From: Thermoplasmatota archaeon
GTDB lineage: Archaea > Thermoplasmatota > Thermoplasmata > UBA10834
Direction: 5' to 3'
NCBI GenBank assembly: GCA_040751795.1
Contig: JBFMHR010000001.1
Span: 32,001-96,000, forward strand
DNA length: 64,000 nucleotides
Shown here: one piece after another, positions 8,885 through 15,862 of the stretch
Position numbering within the stretch: the first letter of the stretch is position 1
How the letters are laid out: each line of letters starts with the position of its first letter
The notes under the pieces: model-generated
The model's input: only the letters and a program-made list of their open reading frames with translations
What the model was told of the DNA's origin: nothing
The model's database searches: none
Made by a program: the position numbers and the translations under genes

Positions 8885-10039
8885 CTAGTAATAGCCCGGA
8901 GTCATGCGCCATGACGTGCTACCCTCCTTCATAGAACGGTGTTCGACAAGGGAGACGAGCCTTTCGAGCTTCTCATCAGAAATCTCCCCATTAAGGTACT
9001 TCAGGAGGATCATATCTCTGATGCGGTCTGATCTCTCAGGCCCCTCATCTATCGACTCGGCACCGAATCCTGCGTCCTCCTCGGGCAGGGCTCTCTGAGA
9101 CACGCTTGCGGACTCACCACCAAATGCCCTGTCATACGCTTGTCTCCTGCTCTTTTCACTCAAATGCGTGTATCTCTGCACATCGTCCAGACTCTTATGC
9201 CTTGACTGAGCCTGAATGAAGGATGCAGACAGCCCGCTCTCGGCCATATGTGTGATCATGCTGTGCCTGAAGATGTGGGGATGGACGTTCTTCTCGATTC
9301 CTGCTCGAAATGCCGTCTTCTTCACCATCATCCAGAGATTCCTCCTTGTCATTGGCCTCCTGCCCTCTGTGAGGAATACATAGTCTTCGTACCCGCTCTC
9401 TGGCGCTGGCCTACCCGCTTTAAGGTATCTTGCTACGGCTTGGACGGCCTCATCTGAGAGATTGACGAAGGAGTAATCCTTCCCCTTTCCCGCATGTACT
9501 CTGAGGCGCTTCTTGTCGAGATCAAGATTGGCGACCCTCACGCCGATGGCTTCACTAGCCCTTAGCCCACCATAGTACATCAAGCAGATGAGGGCATAAT
9601 CTCTCAACGAGGTGTCTCTCTCGGCCTGGAACCCATTCTCCCCGATCTTCGACCTCTTCGCTTCGTCAAGCACCCGCCTGACTTCTTCCTCTGTCAGAGG
9701 AACCTTCTCCTTCTCAACCTGCTTCGGGAGTTTCATCCTAAGGTCATGGCGCTCGATAACCTGCGATGTATAGCAGTTTACGGCTGCAAGCATGCTACAC
9801 ATGGTATTCTCACAGTATTTCTCTGCCAGGTGAGCCTTCCATGCCTGCATGTCGGCCTTCTGAAGCTCTAGAACGGGCTTTCCGATGAATTCTAGGCACA
9901 ATCTCAGACTCCGAGTGTACGAGGTCGCAGTAGCCTCTGTACGCTTCTCTGCCCTCAGAAATGCCTCGAATCGTTCAACCTGCTCCTGAACCTGCTGCTC
10001 AGTGTTCACACACCCTAGAGACTGCTCTCTCGTACTCAA
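8885..10039 (-). CDS. Tyrosine recombinase / integrase (XerC/D-like)
   Basis: GLRASE, GKGK, HIFRHS and H...QRY catalytic residues; N-terminal SAM-like region; GGTGA SD before TTG start. Confidence 0.95.
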   Translation of the reverse strand: MSTREQSLGCVNTEQQVQEQVERFEAFLRAEKRTEATATSYTRSLRLCLEFIGKPVLELQKADMQAWKAHLAEKYCENTMCSMLAAVNCYTSQVIERHDLRMKLPKQVEKEKVPLTEEEVRRVLDEAKRSKIGENGFQAERDTSLRDYALICLMYYGGLRASEAIGVRVANLDLDKKRLRVHAGKGKDYSFVNLSDEAVQAVARYLKAGRPAPESGYEDYVFLTEGRRPMTRRNLWMMVKKTAFRAGIEKNVHPHIFRHSMITHMAESGLSASFIQAQSRHKSLDDVQRYTHLSEKSRRQAYDRAFGGESASVSQRALPEEDAGFGAESIDEGPERSDRIRDMILLKYLNGEISDEKLERLVSLVEHRSMKEGSTSWRMTPGYY

Positions 10040-10154
10040 GCTGCTTCACCGAGCCTGAGAATGCAGTCCCTGACAATAAAGGTTTTCGAGGCAGGCAGGC
10101 AAAGCTCCCAAAAGCCCTTTGGTGAAGCAGCTATTGAGTACAATACCTGCCTGC
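10032..10154 (-). promoter_or_regulatory. Structured integrase leader (anti-SD/start hairpin plus interleaved second helix)
   Basis: GTACTCAAGCTGCTTCACC (10032-10050) complementary to GGTGAAGCAGC-TA-TTGAGTAC (10121-10141); GCAGGCAGG (10091-10099) complementary to CCTGCCTGC (10146-10154). Confidence 0.65.
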
Positions 10155-10202
10155 TATCCCGACGAGGCACCAAAGAGGAACAGGGTTGATATATGTTCCG
10201 AA

Positions 10203-10466
10203 TCAGGTGTCATCGCCCCCCTTCCCCTGGAACTTGCCCTCGATAGCCATTCGGACATGCCTTGCAGACAATCGGGCTTTACGCCTCTCCCCCAATTGAG
10301 CTCTAAGGAAGTTCTCCCTATCATGGATCGAAGACGCTCTGACAGCGATGGAGATTGCCTCATTCTCGAGGTGAGATTTGAGAGTTTCAACGGCCGCGCG
10401 CTCAATCTTCCGTTCTGGAGCCTTCTGTCCCAAGAGCATCCGGACGGACCGGAGGGAGATGGTCAT
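10203..10466 (-). CDS. Divergent histone-fold protein
   Basis: ISLRSVRMLL-APERKIERAAVETLKSHLENEAISIAVRAS...RKARLSARHVRMAI follows the archaeal HMf pattern (a1-L1-a2-L2-a3) with an insertion at the end of a2. Confidence 0.7.
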   Translation of the reverse strand: MTISLRSVRMLLGQKAPERKIERAAVETLKSHLENEAISIAVRASSIHDRENFLRAQLGERRKARLSARHVRMAIEGKFQGKGGDDT

Positions 10467-10753
10467 GAGCCCTCCTGCTGTTCAGCATCCAGTTGCGACT
10501 CCCGATTCTCGATCTTTGGGAGGAACCTCTCAAACTCCTTCCCTTTGCGCCACCGCCACTGCGTCTGTTCGTTTATCAACCCTCGAACCCGGGAAAGCCT
10601 GTAGTATGAATCTGCGGTTCGCCGATCAATGCCCAACCCCGCATCAACAACCACCTCTTGCCAGTCATTTCGACCATAGTAACGACTGTCATCACAGCAG
10701 AGGTGGATTGTCTTCGCAAGGGCCTCCAGTTTCTTGGCTTCATTTTTGACCAT
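10463..10753 (-). CDS. Small putative wHTH DNA-binding protein
   Basis: GIDRRTADSYYRLSRVRGLI resembles a recognition helix plus wing; ATGA overlap with the histone gene. Confidence 0.55.
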   Translation of the reverse strand: MVKNEAKKLEALAKTIHLCCDDSRYYGRNDWQEVVVDAGLGIDRRTADSYYRLSRVRGLINEQTQWRWRKGKEFERFLPKIENRESQLDAEQQEGS

Positions 10754-10778
10754 AGGCCACCCCCGCCGCATGCTTATG

Positions 10779-10902
10779 TGTGTGTGAGTGTGCAACTAAG
10801 AGAGAAGGACCTCTCTCAAGACAATACATATTATACGACATCACAGATAGAAATCTGTTCAGAGAAGGGATTCTCTCTAGGGCGTGCACACACTCACACA
10901 CA
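10779..10902. repeat. Nested inverted-repeat array (origin/operator-like)
   Basis: TGTGTGTGAGTGTG (10779-10792) / CACACTCACACACA (10889-10902) enclosing two AGAGA..TCTCT hairpins, ACAGAT/ATCTGT and an AT-rich core. Confidence 0.8.
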
Positions 10903-10982
10903 ATCCTGATAACACCCCTAGGAGCCCTTCCATTGTCTCCGATCCTGACTTCCTTCGAGTACATCCCATCCCTCCTAGTGTA

Positions 10983-11354
10983 TCACTTCGTCGTCTTGAC
11001 CTCCCGAAACAATCTCGCTGGGAGCTGGTCAATTGGGTCAACCGTTATGCTAGGAAACTCAGAAATCACCGACTCCCTGCTTATCAATGGCTCATGTTGC
11101 TCCTTATACCAGCAACTCTCGCAGAGTCCTCGGTGGGCAAGGGCAATCAATTGGGAAGGTCCTCTTTGGCCTGATGGGAGTCTTGGGGTCTTGTCAGTAC
11201 CTGCTAATGTAAACCCCGCTCGTTCTCTCGCCAGAAGCTCAAGAACCACAAATCTGAGGAGACCTGATAGACTCTCATACCCTCGAGAGGCCTGTATTTG
11301 CCCGAGCGCTGCTGCATCTTCATCGTCTAGTCTGAAAGAGATAGACCTACTCAC
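10983..11354 (-). CDS. Ribbon-helix-helix (CopG-like) protein
   Basis: N-terminal SISFRLDDED...GYESLSGLLRFVV RHH pattern. Confidence 0.7.
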   Translation of the reverse strand: MSRSISFRLDDEDAAALGQIQASRGYESLSGLLRFVVLELLARERAGFTLAGTDKTPRLPSGQRGPSQLIALAHRGLCESCWYKEQHEPLISRESVISEFPSITVDPIDQLPARLFREVKTTK

Positions 11355-11849
11355 CTGACTCCTTCCTGCCCTCAGCTCTACCCAGAGTCCTTCAGAGCCG
11401 CAGCAGGTTCAAGGAGGTTCAACATCGGAGGAGAGAATTCCGATAGACTCTAGGTTATCTGCCAAATCGACTACCGAGATTAAGGTCTTTTCGCTACCGG
11501 GGTTCTGCCGAGGATCTTCAAGACTCTGTATTGAAGAGTCTGTATTACGCGTGCATTCAAGCACGTATACGGAAATCTGCCGACAAATGCTCTTGCCGAC
11601 AATCGAAAAGGCCAGGATTATCGGCGGCGGACAGGGGATACCTTCAAAACCCTATGAAGAGAGAGAGAAGAGAGAGACATAGTCTCTCTCCACGAGCGTG
11701 CGAGGGCTGCCGAGGATTGACTTCCGACTTTCAGCTGGCAGTCGGAAGCAATCACGGTGATTCCGCCTGTCCATGGGCGAGACCTCATTCAAGCCAAATC
11801 ACGGGAAACAGAAAGAGAGATATGCGAAGACATCTGTACTCGGCAATGG

Positions 11850-12413
11850 ATGGAATCTGGGGGACCTGCGCCGAATCAGGACGATTGGCGCGAGTATCAG
11901 GCTCTTGAGGCGAGAATCCAGAATGATTCTAGGGTAGCATATGCGATTCTGGCAGCTTCATTGACTTCATCGTTAGCCTTAGCAGGTCTGCTACTGGTCT
12001 ATATCGATCCTGGGCAAGACCTAATCAGATTTCTGATCATCGCAGCCCTTGCACTCTTCATACTTAAATTCGGCACGGTGATTCAGAATCGATTCAACGA
12101 CACAGCAAGTATCAGAATCGCCAGGGCAGTGCAGCTGGAACGGAATCTGAGAATACACAGTTTCAGATCTTTTCCGCCCTGGTACGAATTTCCCGGAGGC
12201 GACTACTTCAAGATTCTTGGAGAATACGCCAGTAATTCCCGATCCGATGGCACTCCATCCTCTGATGCGTATTTCACATATTTGGGCCAAAGAGAATACG
12301 AACGTATAATCCGCGGATTGCGAATCCGTATTTACGTCTCATGGTTCGGATATGCAGTGATCTTAGCTCTGATTGCATCCGGAATTATTCTTGCTCTGGT
12401 GAACACTCAGTAG
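11850..12413 (+). CDS. Membrane protein (about 3 TM)
   Basis: Hydrophobic segments; IARAVQLE resembles IHRALWLQ of the 5827-7029 N-terminal module; start uncertain (ORF open from 11757). Confidence 0.7.
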   Translation: MESGGPAPNQDDWREYQALEARIQNDSRVAYAILAASLTSSLALAGLLLVYIDPGQDLIRFLIIAALALFILKFGTVIQNRFNDTASIRIARAVQLERNLRIHSFRSFPPWYEFPGGDYFKILGEYASNSRSDGTPSSDAYFTYLGQREYERIIRGLRIRIYVSWFGYAVILALIASGIILALVNTQ

Positions 12414-12526
12414 CAGTGACAAGAGAACCCGGCTGCGGAAACATGATAGGGATTAGTCGATGAAGGCTATAGGGGTAGAGGAAAGCCCTTAAGCCATCGC
12501 AAATGATTTGGATATTGGGAAAGGAA

Positions 12527-13051
12527 ATGGCAGATAAGTTCTTGGTTTTCGTCAGCCACTCCGCCAAAGATAAGCATCAACTCGAATTGATAAGAGGCGC
12601 AATCAGAGGGACTGGTGCGCGACCATATGTTGCCGAGGAGAATGTGACGCCAGGTGCGAAACTGTCAACAAAGATACGCAACAAGATTGAAGAATGTGAT
12701 GTATTCCTGCTAATCCTTACGGAGAACAGTGCAGCATCTGCCTATGTAAATCAAGAGATTGGATACGCGCTCGGCCTTGAGAAATTCGTGCTGCCTATAG
12801 TGATCGGGGATACTTGTCCCCAGAACCTCTGCTCCGATATTGAGTACATACGAATCGATCCGGAACGCCCTTCTTCATCTATTCGCACTGTCCGAGCAAT
12901 CATAAAAGCCAAGAAGAACGAAACTGAACTTGAGCAACTTGTCAAGATTGGCGCCCTCACCCTAGGGACCATAGCTTGGCTCAAGTACGGCCCTCAGATT
13001 AAGGAAACCGCATCTAGGTGGTGGCAGAATTTGAACAGACCATTACCATGA
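12527..13051 (+). CDS. TIR-domain protein with C-terminal hydrophobic helix
   Basis: VFVSHSAKD, CDVFLLILTENS, SAYVNQEIGYA (catalytic Glu present). Confidence 0.9.
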   Translation: MADKFLVFVSHSAKDKHQLELIRGAIRGTGARPYVAEENVTPGAKLSTKIRNKIEECDVFLLILTENSAASAYVNQEIGYALGLEKFVLPIVIGDTCPQNLCSDIEYIRIDPERPSSSIRTVRAIIKAKKNETELEQLVKIGALTLGTIAWLKYGPQIKETASRWWQNLNRPLP

Positions 13052-13116
13052 GAAGAAGCGATAGTGGCGAAGGGAAGCTCTTAAATCGTGCCTGGGGATT
13101 TCATAGGGTGATAGAC

Positions 13117-14292
13117 ATGAATGATTCCTCGACCCAAATGCTCATTCCTCTTCTCGCTGGAGGTGAAGATACCCTAGTCGAATTCAAATCTTTCCTTCCC
13201 AAGAACGAAGAAACTAAGCACAAAGTGGCCGAGGCCGCAACCGAGCTTGCCAACGCTGCAGCTCTTTGCGGGCATCCTAAGGCATTCCTGCTTCTCGGAG
13301 TCACAGATGATGGCAAGGTCGTTGGAGTGAAATGCCAAGAACGATACAAGAAGGAATTCAGAGAACTGATATCTGCCAAGTCTAATCCCCATGTGAGGGT
13401 TCTAGAGATTCATGAGATTGGAACCACGAGTCTATCGACCGACATCAAGTCTGAACCATGCGGCGAAGCAGTGTACGTCCTGGAAATTGCGCCTGCCTTG
13501 GATGGACCGATTCGATACTATAGGTCTAAAGATTCCAACGGAGTTCTATTGACAAGGGATGGCCCTCGAAAGCGGGACATGACCAACGAGGAATTGCGGC
13601 GGCTGTCCAGCGGGCCTGCCAGAACTCCGAAACTTTCACTCAGACTTCTGAACGATGAGGAACATGAAGTTGAATGCCTGGTCTTGAGACCGAAATTCTT
13701 GGTGAAGAAGAAGACCGAAGAGCCAAAGCCATACACTCCCACTCCTCAGCAGACAGCCTGGCTTGAGCAACTGAAGCGGCAGCCAAACATGCAACAGGTG
13801 ATGATACAGCAGGCATTGAGCACAAAAAGACTACTTGAGATGACAGAAACATGGAAGCCGTTTCTGACACAGGTTGAGAGAATCCCAGCTCCGAACACAT
13901 TTCCCACTCACTTCGCATTGTCGAATACCGGATCTGCACCAGCCGAGGATGTAAGGGTCACGATGAAGTTTCCTGAATGTTTTATGATTGAGGAGAAATC
14001 GGAGTATGAGCCACAGTCATATGGCATCCTTGCACATGTTCCATCAGTCACACCACCATTCAGCGGCGTATGGAAGAAAGACAGAGATGATCGGAATTGT
14101 GTGACTGCTGGCATTCGTGTCCAGAAACTAAGTAATGATGTCACAATTACTAGATTCGACCCAATTTTCGTGACTGTACCCAATGCCGAGAGAGAATACA
14201 GCATCGAAATCCGGATCACTGCCGACTATCAAGAACCTGTGCACCAGACTCTCACAATGATTATCAAGCCAATCATCGAAGAAGTCTCATAG
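13117..14292 (+). CDS. AlbA_2/Schlafen-domain protein with C-terminal beta-sandwich (start uncertain)
   Basis: GEDTLVEFKS, ELANA, LLLGVTDDGKVVGV; NTGSAPAEDVRV Ig-like motif. Confidence 0.85.
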   Translation: MNDSSTQMLIPLLAGGEDTLVEFKSFLPKNEETKHKVAEAATELANAAALCGHPKAFLLLGVTDDGKVVGVKCQERYKKEFRELISAKSNPHVRVLEIHEIGTTSLSTDIKSEPCGEAVYVLEIAPALDGPIRYYRSKDSNGVLLTRDGPRKRDMTNEELRRLSSGPARTPKLSLRLLNDEEHEVECLVLRPKFLVKKKTEEPKPYTPTPQQTAWLEQLKRQPNMQQVMIQQALSTKRLLEMTETWKPFLTQVERIPAPNTFPTHFALSNTGSAPAEDVRVTMKFPECFMIEEKSEYEPQSYGILAHVPSVTPPFSGVWKKDRDDRNCVTAGIRVQKLSNDVTITRFDPIFVTVPNAEREYSIEIRITADYQEPVHQTLTMIIKPIIEEVS

Positions 14293-14308
14293 GGGCGGAA
14301 GGGCATCC

Positions 14309-14992
14309 ATGAAAAGGATGAATGGACTTACAAGAAGGACGACAATCAACTACATTGAGATCGAGGTCTTGAGTGAGCGGCTATTTGACGAGGATACTCT
14401 CAAATCCTTTGCCCGTATTGCAGCTCAAATTGCCTCGAATGCAGGGACTGAAGAGGGGCGGCCGAGCAGTCGGTTCTGCATCGAATCCGTCAGAGAACCC
14501 ATCGCATTGATTGATGACATCATTGGAGGAGTCGGCATCAACCAGCTACTTGTTCCAACCGCTGATACCTACACGGGCCACTACCCAGTGAACGAAAGGC
14601 AGATTCACAGACCACTCCAGTATGCCCTCGTTGACCTGCTCACGAGCATCAGGTCGAGAGATACAATCCGGTATGGTTGCCAACACATCGAGGGCATCTT
14701 GAAGACCATGTTTGAGAATGAAATCCACGGAATTCATCGCAAACCTCTAGGACAAATCGTCAAAGACCTGAAGAAAAGGAGCATCCTGGGGAATGATCTT
14801 ATTCAACAACTTGAGAACCTCGTCACTATCATGAACATTGCCAAGCATGAACATGGCAATGATGCCATTAGAATACCAGACCCATTGCGCACAGTAGAAT
14901 CTCAAGTCTTCAACACCCACGAAGCAATCTCAATGTACTTCATATGCAGGAAGCTCGGAGTACTACTCCTAGCTGAATCTAGCACACCGTAA
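14309..14992 (+). CDS. Hypothetical protein, HEPN/Abi-like C-terminus
   Basis: HIEGILK...PLGQIV...MNIAKH pattern (canonical Arg absent). Confidence 0.5.
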   Translation: MKRMNGLTRRTTINYIEIEVLSERLFDEDTLKSFARIAAQIASNAGTEEGRPSSRFCIESVREPIALIDDIIGGVGINQLLVPTADTYTGHYPVNERQIHRPLQYALVDLLTSIRSRDTIRYGCQHIEGILKTMFENEIHGIHRKPLGQIVKDLKKRSILGNDLIQQLENLVTIMNIAKHEHGNDAIRIPDPLRTVESQVFNTHEAISMYFICRKLGVLLLAESSTP

Positions 14993-15069
14993 CGCTGATT
15001 TGCATCATTGAACGCAGAATATCAGCGTCTGCATGTATGTGCTCGATATGATCCAGACTGCAGGGTTTC

Positions 15070-15095
15070 AAAGGGGCTTATGTCCTTCACCTGGC
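15070..15095 (+). repeat. attR: duplicated rnpB 3' end
   Basis: Identical 26-mer to 3790-3815. Confidence 0.95.
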
Positions 15096-15241
15096 ACTTG
15101 CGCCCAGTGGAACCGGGGCAACACATACAGCTCTACGTTCCCAGCCCGTTACTCCGCGTTCCTCGTCATTCTTGACGGAGTATCACCCTGTCCGCCGAAA
15201 GGCTATTGAAGGACGCACTCATCCTAACATCGGTGTCTGCA

Positions 15242-15595
15242 ATGGGTGAAGATGTGCTTATCGTGCTGAACGATGCGCCTTACGGAACGGAGAAGGCCTA
15301 CAACGGACTGCGACTGGCCATAGCCTTGCAGGCGAGACAAAGCAACGTCCGGCTGTTCCTCATGGCGGACGCCGTCTCCGCAGGCATCCCGAACCAGGAG
15401 ACCCCGCCGGGGTACTACAACGTCAGCGAGATGCTCGGAAGGGTCCTCGCGAAGGGCGGGAAGGTGGCGGCCTGCGGGAGCTGCATGAAGGCGAGGGGGC
15501 TCAGGGTGGAAGGGCTCATCAAGGGCATCGAGCAGGGCTCGATGGCCCTGCTCTGCGAATGGACGCAGGAGTGCGGTAAGATCCACTCCTTCTGA
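15242..15595 (+). CDS. DsrE/YchN-family protein
   Basis: NDAPYGTEKAYNGLRLA, FLMADAV, CGSCMKARG. Confidence 0.88.
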   Translation: MGEDVLIVLNDAPYGTEKAYNGLRLAIALQARQSNVRLFLMADAVSAGIPNQETPPGYYNVSEMLGRVLAKGGKVAACGSCMKARGLRVEGLIKGIEQGSMALLCEWTQECGKIHSF

Positions 15596-15862
15596 CAGGC
15601 GGATACAGACTCGTTCCGGATCCATGTCGCCCGCGAGGTCCCTGCGATTCCGGAAGCATGGTGACACTCCCTCTGCTCATGGTCGAACCACGGAAAAGGC
15701 TTAATGAGGCCCCGCCTTTACAAGAGCAGGTGGTAGGAAATGGGTCGGATGACTGAGCTGGCTGCGCCACGGGAAGTCAGGGGCTCTGAGGCGATCATGG
15801 TAGCCCGCAATTACGACCGGAGGACCAGGGAATCACTCTCGCGGGCATCGACACTGCGCCGG

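Larger units (their letters stand above)
3790..15095. mobile_element. Integrative element / defence island inserted in the rnpB 3' end
   Basis: Flanking 26-bp direct repeats, internal tyrosine recombinase, sharp GC drop versus flanks, R-M/TIR/AlbA/HEPN-like cargo. Confidence 0.92.
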
